From a virus: DNA of 64,000 nt. The notes beneath the pieces were generated by a model that was not told the origin of the DNA, did not search any database, and was given only the letters and a program-made list of their open reading frames with translations. This document shows, piece after piece, positions 34,227 through 43,390 of this stretch; position 1 is the first letter of the stretch, and the number at the start of each line of letters is the position of its first letter. The stretch spans positions 1-64,000 of IMG/VR virus record IMGVR_UViG_3300045391_001876; one strand, 5' to 3'. Both the position numbers and the translations under genes were made by a program.

Positions 34227-35380
34227 TGTGGCCACAGTCGACACGCATGGCAACCTCCTTGGCCGCAGGAGGAACCGTTGTCGGCAAGCTGGACATACTG
34301 GTCGACGGTGCGCTGGCCCTGTCCCTGGACTCCACGGACCCCACCTTTACCGACCTCGGTGGTCCGGTCGGTGGACGGGTGGACGTCCAGCGGGGAACGG
34401 TACGGCGCTCCTGCACCGTGTCCCTGCTGGACGTCGACCGGGTGTTCACCCAGCAGGACGCGCTGGACCTACTGGTACCGCTACGCGCTGAACTACGCCC
34501 GTGGCGCGGCGTGATCTACAGCGACGTGACCAACGAGCAACCACCGGACGACCGGGAACTGGTACCTCTGGGCACATTCGTCGTGGCCGACGTCGACCTA
34601 ACCCACTGGCCGCTAGTGGAGATCAGCGGCTATGACCGCGCGTGGTTGTTGGCCCAGCACCGCAACATTGCGGCCTACGCCACCACCTCCGGGGCGTTGT
34701 CGATGGTGGCCCTACAGGATCTTCTGGAGGCCAGCACCTTCCCGGCCAGCCGACTGGAAACGCGGTTCCCGGCCACTACCACCACGGTTGGTGCCCAAGT
34801 GTGGGACGCGCAAAGCGACCTAGCCGAGGCAGCGCAGGACATCGCGGCAGCGGCAGGTCATGTCTTCTACGTCGACCCGCTCGGGGTGTTCACCTGTGTA
34901 CCGGAAACCGACCTGGACGCGGACCCCGTGGTGCTGTCCTACGTGGAGGGCGAGTCGCTGCTGATCCTCCCCAGCCTCAAGCGGTCCGGTTCCGACACGC
35001 GCAACGCCGTAGTGGTCACCTCCAGCGCGGCCGACCTGACCACCGTCGTGTCTGGGTACGCACAGGACGACGACCCTGCTTCCCTCACCTACGTCGGTGC
35101 GCTCGGGGTGATCCCGGAGTTCTTCGACAGTCCTCTGATCCGAACGGCGGCCCAGGCCGACCTCGCCGCGCGTACACGATTGCGCAGCATCGTTGGTCTG
35201 TCGGACGCAACGGCGATTGTCGCGCTGGTCCAGCCCGGCCTGGAGTCCGGGGACGTGATCTACGTGCGCTCGTCGGCCCCCGACATCGACACGCGGTTGA
35301 TCGTGGACTCCTTCTCCGTACCGCTACGCGTGGGGGAGTCCCAGACCCTGACCTGCCGCGCAAAGGTGGTGACAGTGTGA
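34226..35380 (+). CDS. minor tail protein (tail-tip, Gp37-like family by resemblance)
   Basis: Position. LGTFVVADVDLTHWPLVEISGYDRAWLL...HVFYVDPLGVFTC pattern. Confidence 0.6.
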   Translation: MWPQSTRMATSLAAGGTVVGKLDILVDGALALSLDSTDPTFTDLGGPVGGRVDVQRGTVRRSCTVSLLDVDRVFTQQDALDLLVPLRAELRPWRGVIYSDVTNEQPPDDRELVPLGTFVVADVDLTHWPLVEISGYDRAWLLAQHRNIAAYATTSGALSMVALQDLLEASTFPASRLETRFPATTTTVGAQVWDAQSDLAEAAQDIAAAAGHVFYVDPLGVFTCVPETDLDADPVVLSYVEGESLLILPSLKRSGSDTRNAVVVTSSAADLTTVVSGYAQDDDPASLTYVGALGVIPEFFDSPLIRTAAQADLAARTRLRSIVGLSDATAIVALVQPGLESGDVIYVRSSAPDIDTRLIVDSFSVPLRVGESQTLTCRAKVVTV

Positions 35381-36009
35381 CGCTGGCCGAGGACGTACGC
35401 CAAGCAACCCGGCGGTCCGTGGTCCGGCTGGCACCCCGGCGGCGCAACGCAACCGTGACCGTGGCCAGTCCCCTCACTGTCACGCTTGAGGGCGATTCTG
35501 CCGCTGTCAACGCGGTGACCCTCACCAGTTACGTCCCCGTGGTGGGAGACGTCGTGCAGGTGCTTCTCAACCCCGGGGCTCTACCGCTGGTTCTGGGGGA
35601 CGTCCTCACCACGCAGGACGGCTTGCCCAGCGTGGTGACCGACAGCACCGGAGTGGGACCTACCTCCGGAACCACGGAGCTTGTGATCGCCACTGCCGCG
35701 TCGGTCACCCTGGACGGGACGACACGCGTCCGTGTCCGCTACGAGGCCGCTCGTATCGACACCACCATTAACGGGGACGTGTTCACCTTCCGCATCAAAG
35801 ACGGCTCCACAGTGATGCGGGCCTTCCGCTATAACGCCCCGGGCCTGGCTGCAGACGGGATCAACTTCGAGTGGATCTCCGACACAGCGCCGAGCGCCGC
35901 CGCGCACGTCTTCACAGCCGCCGTCGTACGGTCCTCCGGCACAGGGACTTTGCAGATCAACGGCAGCAGCGTGAACATCGCACAGTTCAGCGTGAGCCGG
36001 TTTCGCTGA
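35377..36009 (+). CDS. minor tail protein (210 aa)
   Basis: GTG 35377 overlaps the upstream stop. Beta-rich sequence. Position. Confidence 0.55.
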   Translation: MTLAEDVRQATRRSVVRLAPRRRNATVTVASPLTVTLEGDSAAVNAVTLTSYVPVVGDVVQVLLNPGALPLVLGDVLTTQDGLPSVVTDSTGVGPTSGTTELVIATAASVTLDGTTRVRVRYEAARIDTTINGDVFTFRIKDGSTVMRAFRYNAPGLAADGINFEWISDTAPSAAAHVFTAAVVRSSGTGTLQINGSSVNIAQFSVSRFR

Positions 36010-36026
36010 CCCCCTACCGCACAGGC

Positions 36027-37022
36027 ATGGTGGACATGACAACGTTCGCCGACATCTCACACCACCAGTCCACTGTGGACTTGGCGGCCTATGCAACCGT
36101 CCACGACCGGGTGGTACTCAAGGCCACCGAAGGAACCACCTACACAGACCCCACCTTCGCGGCTCGGTGGCGACAAGCCGGGTCACTGAACCTGGCCCGT
36201 GTCGCATACCACTTTGCCCGCAACGCCAACACCGGCAGCCTGGAGTTCGATCACTTCCTGTCCGTTGTGGACAGTGCAGGTATCGGTCCCCGCGACTGGC
36301 TATGCCTTGACACTGAGGACACAGCAAGCCCAGGACGCGCGGTCGCTGCGGCACAAGAGTTCACGGCGCGCGCTGTTCAACGCGGCTACGCCAACGGACT
36401 GGTCTACACAGGACGGTGGTACGCAGAACCCAACGGCTTGACAGCCGACGCGATGCCACCTGGCTGGCGGCGCCTGTGGTTGTCGGACTACACCACCGCC
36501 CACAGTGACACCGGTATGCCGCTGCCCACAGGGTGGACACGAGCACAGGTAGTTGCTCGGCAGCACACCTCCACAGCCACGGTTACCGGGATCACTGGCC
36601 CCTGTGACTACAGCCGCGTACTGGCGGACTGGCTCCAAACCACCATGGCACCAGGGGATGACAACATGAGCGCCGAGGATGTACAGGCTCTGTCTGACAA
36701 GCTGGACGCCATCTTCCGGCTGATAACGGTCGGCGATTCTGCCGATGACACCGTGGACCCACAGACACACCGGTTCAACCTCCAGCGTGTGCTGCAAGGT
36801 TTGGAGGACCCGACCTCCTCCAAGCTTCTCAAGAACGACGCACAGCAGCTCGCTGCCCTGACCACCATCACGGCGCAACTGGCCGCGCTGACGGCCGTGG
36901 TGGGAGGACCACCAACCGGTAGTGGCGGCTGGACACCGGAACAGGCACACCAGATTGCCCTGGAGGCAGCGCGAGAAGCCGTGGACGGGATCACGGTCAC
37001 CGTCCACGGCGAACCGGTCTAG
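36027..37022 (+). CDS. endolysin, glycoside hydrolase family 25 muramidase domain plus C-terminal helical region
   Basis: FADISHHQSTVDLAAYA...VVLKATEGTTYTDPTF...LARVAYHFA is the GH25 signature. Confidence 0.85.
   Translation: MVDMTTFADISHHQSTVDLAAYATVHDRVVLKATEGTTYTDPTFAARWRQAGSLNLARVAYHFARNANTGSLEFDHFLSVVDSAGIGPRDWLCLDTEDTASPGRAVAAAQEFTARAVQRGYANGLVYTGRWYAEPNGLTADAMPPGWRRLWLSDYTTAHSDTGMPLPTGWTRAQVVARQHTSTATVTGITGPCDYSRVLADWLQTTMAPGDDNMSAEDVQALSDKLDAIFRLITVGDSADDTVDPQTHRFNLQRVLQGLEDPTSSKLLKNDAQQLAALTTITAQLAALTAVVGGPPTGSGGWTPEQAHQIALEAAREAVDGITVTVHGEPV
36068..36080. repeat. 13-bp word GTCCACTGTGGAC (perfect copy 9)
   Basis: Read as S-T-V-D in the endolysin. Confidence 0.9.
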
Positions 37023-37621
37023 CTGTGATGAGGCACTCCGTTCATCGACGGGGGTGGTGTGGGCACAGGGTGCGTCCACGTGTAGCCGGCCAGGTTCACC
37101 AGGATGTCAACGACCTTGTTGGCCACGTCGTCCACCACGAACTGGTGAAGCAACATCCGCGCGGCCACGGGATCGCCCTGGTTCACCCACAGCGCGGCGG
37201 AGTCCACCATCAGTTGGGCCTGCCGTCCGCTGAGGCAGTGGGTTTTCGCCATGAGGCGGTAAGCCTCCTCCCGGCTCCTGTCGCCACCCAGCGACGCGCA
37301 CGGCTCGGTGCGGGAATGGGTGATGGCGCAGTGCGTGCACAACCACTTGTCGCTGATCGGGTCTTCCGGTGGTAGCTCGTCAGCAGGCTGTACCAGCTTC
37401 TTGACCGACCACGCGAACGCGGCTTCCGTAACCTCCAGCTCCTCCAGTGCCGCAATGATGTGTAACGTGCCTAGCTTGACGAGGGCCTGTCCCTTATCCG
37501 CGCGCACCGTTGCGGAGATCGCCGTGGACGGTTGCAAAGTGATCTCGCCCTGCAACCCGTGCAGGTTCCTACGCTCGTCGCCACCGAACCGCTGTGTGGT
37601 GGGCTCACTGATGTGGGACAC
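37019..37621 (-). CDS. hypothetical protein (200 aa)
   Basis: ORF 37019..37732 trimmed to GTG 37621 behind AAGGAGA. Convergent with the endolysin. Confidence 0.5.
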   Translation of the reverse strand: MSHISEPTTQRFGGDERRNLHGLQGEITLQPSTAISATVRADKGQALVKLGTLHIIAALEELEVTEAAFAWSVKKLVQPADELPPEDPISDKWLCTHCAITHSRTEPCASLGGDRSREEAYRLMAKTHCLSGRQAQLMVDSAALWVNQGDPVAARMLLHQFVVDDVANKVVDILVNLAGYTWTHPVPTPPPSMNGVPHHS

Positions 37622-37654
37622 GGACACTCTCCTTACGGCATAGGGAAACGAGTC

Positions 37655-37710
37655 GGCCCCCGAGGTTGGCGTGTCACTGGGTTCTCCAGCGCACGCTGAC
37701 CTCGGGGGCC
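37655..37710. repeat. inverted repeat, 12-bp arms with 32-nt spacer
   Basis: ggcccccgaggt (37655-37666) / acctcgggggcc (37699-37710), followed by TTTTT at 37713-37717. Confidence 0.6.
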
Positions 37711-37741
37711 GATTTTTGCGTTCATCACACATACACGGTGG

Positions 37742-38485
37742 TCACCACACGGTGCGCGGGGTTGATTCCGGGTCGGGACTTGCGTCCTGTGTGGACAGTG
37801 GCTCACGCGCCGTGGCATCCCCGGTAGCCAGGTGCTCCCGCACCTGCTTGACACGAACCGCGGCCGTCTCCGCATCAAGACCGAACACGGCTGCGATCGC
37901 GTCGGCCAAGGCATGATCTGTGACCGGGGCGGGACCGACACCACGGCGTGTTCTGCTGTAGCGCTCCCACGCGATCACTGCGGCAGCAGGGATTCTCCAG
38001 TGGCCCGCATAGTTGTTGCGCACCACAGGGACTTTGCCCACCAACTCGGCGGGAAGGAACCCCGCGACGTTGGTAACCCCGTCAACGCTGCGCAGCCACG
38101 CGTTGACTGTAGTGGCCGACCGTTCTAGGTGGTCGGCCAGTTGCTTGACCGTCCAGTCTGTTTCGTTGGCTGACTTGGGTGTCAAGCGCACCTCCCGGTC
38201 ACGGCCTTCTCCTCTTCGCTGTATCGAGCCCACATGAACCCAGGATCGTAGGCCGTCCCGGGCGACTGCACGTTGTCCCGTAGCTTCCCGCTCGGCCACT
38301 GTCCTCATGCGAACGCGAGGTCGCCCACCACTTGCGCGTTGTTGGTCGTTGTCGGATGTTCGCACTGCCACGCCCGGCGGCACCTTCTTGCACATCTTTG
38401 CCACCACGACCGACTCGGAATGCCACTGGCCATCGGACAGTTCGGCCAGCAGCGTTTCGATCCACGGTTGCCGTTCCCTAGGCAT
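37742..38485 (-). CDS. HTH DNA-binding protein (247 aa)
   Basis: ORF trimmed to ATG 38485. WTVKQLADHLERSATTVNAWLRS is a helix-turn-helix. Overlaps the stop of the ParB-like gene. Confidence 0.55.
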   Translation of the reverse strand: MPRERQPWIETLLAELSDGQWHSESVVVAKMCKKVPPGVAVRTSDNDQQRASGGRPRVRMRTVAEREATGQRAVARDGLRSWVHVGSIQRRGEGRDREVRLTPKSANETDWTVKQLADHLERSATTVNAWLRSVDGVTNVAGFLPAELVGKVPVVRNNYAGHWRIPAAAVIAWERYSRTRRGVGPAPVTDHALADAIAAVFGLDAETAAVRVKQVREHLATGDATAREPLSTQDASPDPESTPRTVW

Positions 38486-39485
38486 GAACCACACCCGGTG
38501 CAGATAGCTCGCTACGTATCTTTTGCAGCGTATTGACTGCGGCGTCAATCCGCTCCACGATCTCCTCTCTGTCAGTGGTCGGATAGTGGGAAGCGACCCC
38601 CGCGTAGTCCGTGATGTGGAGGACGCTAGTTACCGCGCGTTCAAGGTTAGTACGCGCAGTGTGTCTTTTCCCAGGGGTCGGTTTGTATGCTGCCCCGCCG
38701 CTTTCGATCCGTCCTTTGTAGACCTGCTCGCGCAGGTCTTGCACGAGCGAGCGTTGTGTGTCCCCGGACCGACTCACGTTGATAGTGGCTATCACGTCTT
38801 GAACTTCGTCGCTGGTGAGCCCACCGTCGACAGTCAGACGGGCCAGCTCGCGGAACCCCTCGTCTGTGTGGACACCGCCAAGCCGTTGTCTGGTACTGGC
38901 GGGTAGCTTTTCCCACTCCCGATCCGTGAGACCGGCCGCGCTTGCGCGTCGTTTTGCTTCCTGTCGGCGAACCTCCTTTTCCAGTGTGGACAGTGGCACC
39001 AACATCAGTGCTGCCGCTGCGGTCTGGGACATCTGGTTCTCCACCAGATGCAAGGCCTGCCGCAACCGCTCCTCTTCCGGTGGGGGAAGCCCGTGACCGA
39101 GGTTGAGAACGAACGTCAGCTCCAGGACCGTGCGCTTGGATACGTCCGTTACCTCGTACACGTTGAGCAGCAGGTTGCGCCGCGTGTAGGCCGCAAGCCT
39201 GTGGTTCCCCGACACGATCACGTACAGCCCGTTGTCGCCGCGCCGTGCCACCACGGCAGGAAGGCCGCGCCCTGTGGACAAGGCCTCCGTATAGCGAGCC
39301 GCTGTCGGCTCGTCCAGCTTGCCGAGACGGGAGTTGTTGTTGATGGACGCGACTGGGTCGAACGCGGATGGTGCCACGTTTTCCACGTACTTCCACGTCA
39401 CACCGCGCTTGGTAAGTAGCTCCTCCACTTCCGGATCTCGAACGGATTGTATGGCCGTCTTTGCCACAGAGGTTTTTCCTTTCAT
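38478..39485 (-). CDS. ParB-family protein with central HTH (335 aa)
   Basis: ParB/Srx N-domain (LPAVVARRGDNGLYVIVSGNHRLAAY) followed by the HTH-like MSQTAAAALMLVPLSTLEKEV. No ParA nearby. Confidence 0.75.
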   Translation of the reverse strand: MKGKTSVAKTAIQSVRDPEVEELLTKRGVTWKYVENVAPSAFDPVASINNNSRLGKLDEPTAARYTEALSTGRGLPAVVARRGDNGLYVIVSGNHRLAAYTRRNLLLNVYEVTDVSKRTVLELTFVLNLGHGLPPPEEERLRQALHLVENQMSQTAAAALMLVPLSTLEKEVRRQEAKRRASAAGLTDREWEKLPASTRQRLGGVHTDEGFRELARLTVDGGLTSDEVQDVIATINVSRSGDTQRSLVQDLREQVYKGRIESGGAAYKPTPGKRHTARTNLERAVTSVLHITDYAGVASHYPTTDREEIVERIDAAVNTLQKIRSELSAPGVVHA

Positions 39486-40069
39486 ACGTAGGCGTCGAGG
39501 ATCGTGCGGCTGTCCTTGGCCACCACGACCTGGAGTCCTAGGTAACGTCGCTTTTCGATATGAGGCAACGACTTGTCTGGGATCACCTCATCCGGGTTGT
39601 TGGTATCGGCGGCGAGCAGGACCTTTACGGGGTCCAGGTTGCGGGCCAGGATCTCGGCCCGGCAGCCACTGCGGAAGCGCCATCGCGTAGCTGCCCGCTC
39701 CACGGCTGACAGGTCATGTCCGTCCAGCAGTTGCGGATACACCGACGGCACCGGCTGTTCTACCTGTACCGCACCGTCCCGCTTGATAACGGGGAACGGA
39801 ATCGTGATGTTGTTACGGCCCGCCGTCGATGGTGCGGCCGGAGGAAGTGAACCGAACACCGAGGCCGGTAGCTCTCTCATCACGCTTGGGCGGACAGCGC
39901 TGCGAATCGGTGTGCCGTAAAGCTTCCAGCCGTAGACGTCGGCCCGGCAGTTCCGCGCGCACTTGTCACACAGCTCCAGCTTCACGGTGTCATCGTCTAA
40001 CCCGAGGATGACCGACGTGAGGAGCGCACACGGTGTCTCACACCGGCCACACTGTGGGGATCGTGCCAT
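39482..40069 (-). CDS. hypothetical protein with N-terminal zinc ribbon (195 aa)
   Basis: CGRCETPC...CDKCARNC. First gene of the leftward three-gene operon. Confidence 0.55.
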   Translation of the reverse strand: MARSPQCGRCETPCALLTSVILGLDDDTVKLELCDKCARNCRADVYGWKLYGTPIRSAVRPSVMRELPASVFGSLPPAAPSTAGRNNITIPFPVIKRDGAVQVEQPVPSVYPQLLDGHDLSAVERAATRWRFRSGCRAEILARNLDPVKVLLAADTNNPDEVIPDKSLPHIEKRRYLGLQVVVAKDSRTILDAYV

Positions 40070-40198
40070 CGCCTGTTCCTCCCGTACCTGTAGGACTCGG
40101 TAAGGCCAGTGTGCCTACGACCGCCGCCGCTACCAATACGTGATGAGCGCCGGTATCGGGTGCCGCAGTCTACGCGGCCGCGTACACCCTGGCCGGAT

Positions 40199-40213
40199 AA
40201 TCCTCCAAGGATC
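40199..40213. promoter_or_regulatory. operator-like palindrome AATCCTCCAAGGATC
   Basis: RATCC-N5-GGATC family, in the 343-bp divergent gap 40070-40412. Confidence 0.5.
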
Positions 40214-40372
40214 GACGTACGGCAACAGGGCACGCCTACCAAGTTGGGCAACCCCACCGGCACGGGAGAGCCACACCGTCGCGTGTGGATCGTTCCCCCA
40301 GCTCGCTACGTACGTACCGGTTGTTGCAAGCACCGAGGTGTAGGTAACATGGGGTACGTACGAGAAACTCTA

Positions 40373-40387
40373 GATCCTGACAGGATC
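40373..40387. promoter_or_regulatory. operator-like palindrome GATCCTGACAGGATC
   Basis: Same family, 25 nt upstream of GTG 40413. Confidence 0.5.
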
Positions 40388-40412
40388 TTAATCGCCCCCG
40401 GAGGTACCCCAG

Positions 40413-40586
40413 GTGATACACGAAAACGCTTACGTGGAAGCACATCCGGCCACTGACGCGTGGATGATGGGAGATCGTTACGGCACCGTGGTCAAGGTGG
40501 GCCGTGTGTGGGTGCACGTTCGGATGACACGGTCAGGCAAGGTGCGCAGGTTCCGGGAGCGGAACCTGATCGTGCAGGACAACTGA
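40413..40586 (+). CDS. small protein (57 aa), hand-translated
   Basis: GGAGG RBS, then GTG 40413 (VIHENAYVEAHPATDAWMMGDRYGTVVKVGRVWVHVRMTRSGKVRRFRERNLIVQDN). Below the ORF-track cutoff. Confidence 0.5.
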   Translation: MIHENAYVEAHPATDAWMMGDRYGTVVKVGRVWVHVRMTRSGKVRRFRERNLIVQDN

Positions 40587-40587
40587 C

Positions 40588-40917
40588 GTGCCCACCATGC
40601 TGGTGGTGACCCCAGACATGGAGGCTGTACCGGTTATCGCGCAGCCTCAGCAGGACCTGTTCATTCAACTGGTCAGGTTCCCGGTACGCGTGTTGGTTCG
40701 CCCTACCTTCCTGGCCTACGTACCGTCCACCACTACTCCTGCAATTAGCGTGGGGCGTCCTCCACTCAACCTGCTTGCGTCCGCGCTGCTGTACCCGGAC
40801 GTGGTGATCGGGACCGGGGTGCTTGTCGGGCGCGGACGCACCTCCGACGTACCGGAGAGCGTGTTCGCTGCCGTGGTGGAGATATGGCGCCGCCTGTACG
40901 AGGACACCTCGTGGTAA
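40588..40917 (+). CDS. hypothetical protein (109 aa)
   Basis: GTG two nucleotides after the preceding stop. Packed operon. Confidence 0.5.
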   Translation: MPTMLVVTPDMEAVPVIAQPQQDLFIQLVRFPVRVLVRPTFLAYVPSTTTPAISVGRPPLNLLASALLYPDVVIGTGVLVGRGRTSDVPESVFAAVVEIWRRLYEDTSW

Positions 40918-41387
40918 CCACCACCACGGGGAAGCCGTGGCTGACACCTCACGCGTGCGCTGTGTGTGCCAGGACGCTGAACTACCTGGAGGGCCGGGAC
41001 GAGGGCGCGTGGGTCCACGCCCCGCAGGATGAGGATCGATCCCATCCCGTGGTTGCTGTACCGACTACGGCAATCGCCGCCTTGGAGCGCTGTGACTTCT
41101 GCTCCGTGGACACCACACAGTTCATCGTGCCTGCCCGGTCGTTCTCGCTGGGCACGATGTTCGGGGGGTTGGACGGCAACAGTGTGGGGGCCTGGGGTGC
41201 CTGTTCCGCATGCGCGGAGTTGATCCGGACCAACAGGTGGACGGCCCTGGCACGTCACGTGATCACGACCTACCGAGCCAACGGGATCATGCCGACCGGC
41301 CTACCGGACCAGGAACTGGAGACCAGGATGAAACGCCTGTGGCGGATGCTGCGGGCCAACATCACAGGGGAGCTGATCCCTCGATGA
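40911..41387 (+). CDS. hypothetical Cys-rich protein (158 aa)
   Basis: GTG 40911 overlaps the upstream stop. CAVC...CDFC...CSAC pairs. Confidence 0.5.
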   Translation: MVTTTTGKPWLTPHACAVCARTLNYLEGRDEGAWVHAPQDEDRSHPVVAVPTTAIAALERCDFCSVDTTQFIVPARSFSLGTMFGGLDGNSVGAWGACSACAELIRTNRWTALARHVITTYRANGIMPTGLPDQELETRMKRLWRMLRANITGELIPR

Positions 41388-41515
41388 CCACCACCAGTAC
41401 GCAGACCCCACCACAGCGGCCGTACGAGGAGTGCTGCCGCTGTGGGGTGGACGCATACAACCCGAAAACCGGCCACTGTGGACACTGCGGTGCGACATCG
41501 AGGAGTACGCCATGA
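41384..41515 (+). CDS. small zinc-ribbon protein (43 aa)
   Basis: ATGA overlap. CCRCG...HCGHCG. Confidence 0.35.
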   Translation: MTTTSTQTPPQRPYEECCRCGVDAYNPKTGHCGHCGATSRSTP

Positions 41516-41859
41516 ACGGTGACAGGGTGGCCGACCTGCTGGCGGAGCTGGCCCACCAGCATGACCGCACCACGGACCCGCAACCCAACCCGCGTGTGGT
41601 GGTGGAGATCGCGGACGCCCCGGGGGAAAGCTACTTCCCGATCACGGGTGTGTCCCTGCTGGACGACGGAACCCTGGCCGTACAGGTGAAGATCCCGCTA
41701 CATGCGGCCACCGTGGAGGTGATGAACGGCCACTGGCCCGACAGCACAGGGGTGTTCCGTAGCTGCTCCTGTGGCTGGCGCTGGACACCGGGGTGTGACT
41801 TCACCACCCACGTGGCCACCGAGCTGCTGATCCGGATGGAGAAGCACTGTGGCCGGTAG
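41512..41859 (+). CDS. hypothetical protein (115 aa)
   Basis: ATGA overlap with the upstream stop. Its 3' end overlaps the integrase start. Confidence 0.5.
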   Translation: MNGDRVADLLAELAHQHDRTTDPQPNPRVVVEIADAPGESYFPITGVSLLDDGTLAVQVKIPLHAATVEVMNGHWPDSTGVFRSCSCGWRWTPGCDFTTHVATELLIRMEKHCGR

Positions 41860-43390
41860 GACGTACGACACGTACGCGCGCCTGTCTCGCGCGCCGGACG
41901 GATCACTGGAGACCGTGGAACGCCAGCTCCGCGATATGCGCGAAGCCCTTGCCGTCACGGGAGACTTCGTTGGCGAGGAGTTCTACGACAACAACCTGTC
42001 GGCCTGGAAGCGCAACGTCTGCCGAGAGGACTTCGAACGGCTGTTCCGCAAGATCGAGACTGGTCAAACCACGCACGTCATGGTGTGGCACACGGACCGG
42101 TATTACCGCCAGATGTGGGACCTGGAGCGGCTGATCAGGGCGGCAGACGCTGGCTTGGTCGTTAGGCATCTGTACGGGGAGTACGACCTGTCAGACGCAG
42201 ACCAGCGCGCTAACGCGCGCATCATCTGCACTATGTCGCAGAAGGCCTCCGACGACACGTCCCGCCGCGTACGGGCCAAGCTCGTCGACAACGCCAAGCG
42301 CGGGAAGCTGCACGGCAAGCGCTCCTACGGGTACAACACGGACGGAACCCAGGTACCGGCCGAGGCCGCTGTCATCCAGGAAGCTGCCCGCCGCCGCATC
42401 GACGGTGAGGGGTGGGACGCGATAGCGAAAGACCTGACGGCCCGCAACATCCGCACCGTGGAACATCGAGTCCGGATGGCCGACGGCGCCACCCGAGTTA
42501 CCGGGGGCGTCCACTTCACCCGTACGTCCCTACACAAATTGATGGGAAACCCGCGCCTGGCAGGGCTCGTGCTCCACGACGGTGAGCTGCTCGGCAGGGT
42601 TGCGGAACCGATCCTGGACGAGGAGACGTGGCAGGAACTGTCGCTGATCCTTAGCACAAGCAGGCATGGAGCCCGCCCCGATGCGCGCTACCTGCTTACC
42701 GGACATGTGTGGTGTACGGAGTGCAAGGGCCGTAAGCGCGGGGCGATCATCCGTGAGGCCAAAGCTGCCATGCCTGACGGGCGACCCCGACGTGTCTACC
42801 GGTGTCGGTCCACCGAGAGCGTCAGATGCGCTCGCACGGTGACGGCTGAGTACCTGGAGGAGGTTGTCGGGGAGTACGTCAAGCAGGCCCTGGCCAACCC
42901 GGTGTACGTGGCCCAGGTGATGGCGGCCCTCCATGTCCAGGACGACAAGTCCGCGGCCGTCCAGGCCGAGCTGGACCGCTTGACAGACGCGATGGCAGCG
43001 CTGGTGGACAACTACAGCGCCGGCTACATCACAAAGATCAAATACGCGGAGTCCCGTGAGCGACTGAGGCAGAGGATCAACGCTCGTCGCGCGCAACTGG
43101 CCCACCTACAGGACCCGGCCACGGTCGCGGCGGCACAGACCTTGCAGGTGCACCGGGCATGGGAGGAGGCCGACACCAAAGGCCGGCGACAACTGGTGGA
43201 CGCCGTGGTGGAGCGCGTGTGGGTGTCCGGTGTCACCGGTAAGCGCTCCGCGCTCGCGCCGTTCGACCCTAGCCGCGTACGGGTGGAGTTGGTGAAACCG
43301 GAACAACGGCTCGGTGGGGTCACCGTGCTGCAACCGCCGGGAAGCCTGGCGGTCAACCTGAGGGAGGGCACACGCAATGCCGGAACGTAG
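41849..43390 (+). CDS. large serine recombinase (integrase)
   Basis: N-terminal resolvase domain with YARLS catalytic Ser, a recombinase domain, a Cys-rich zinc ribbon (CTECKG...CRSTESVRC) and a coiled-coil C-terminus. Confidence 0.9.
   Translation: MAGRTYDTYARLSRAPDGSLETVERQLRDMREALAVTGDFVGEEFYDNNLSAWKRNVCREDFERLFRKIETGQTTHVMVWHTDRYYRQMWDLERLIRAADAGLVVRHLYGEYDLSDADQRANARIICTMSQKASDDTSRRVRAKLVDNAKRGKLHGKRSYGYNTDGTQVPAEAAVIQEAARRRIDGEGWDAIAKDLTARNIRTVEHRVRMADGATRVTGGVHFTRTSLHKLMGNPRLAGLVLHDGELLGRVAEPILDEETWQELSLILSTSRHGARPDARYLLTGHVWCTECKGRKRGAIIREAKAAMPDGRPRRVYRCRSTESVRCARTVTAEYLEEVVGEYVKQALANPVYVAQVMAALHVQDDKSAAVQAELDRLTDAMAALVDNYSAGYITKIKYAESRERLRQRINARRAQLAHLQDPATVAAAQTLQVHRAWEEADTKGRRQLVDAVVERVWVSGVTGKRSALAPFDPSRVRVELVKPEQRLGGVTVLQPPGSLAVNLREGTRNAGT

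Noticed and set aside
32025-34253. Minus-strand ORFs 32025..33242 (405 aa) and 33333..34253 (306 aa)
   Set aside because: They are antisense to the minor tail gene 31620..34226. Gly/Arg/His-rich shadow frames.
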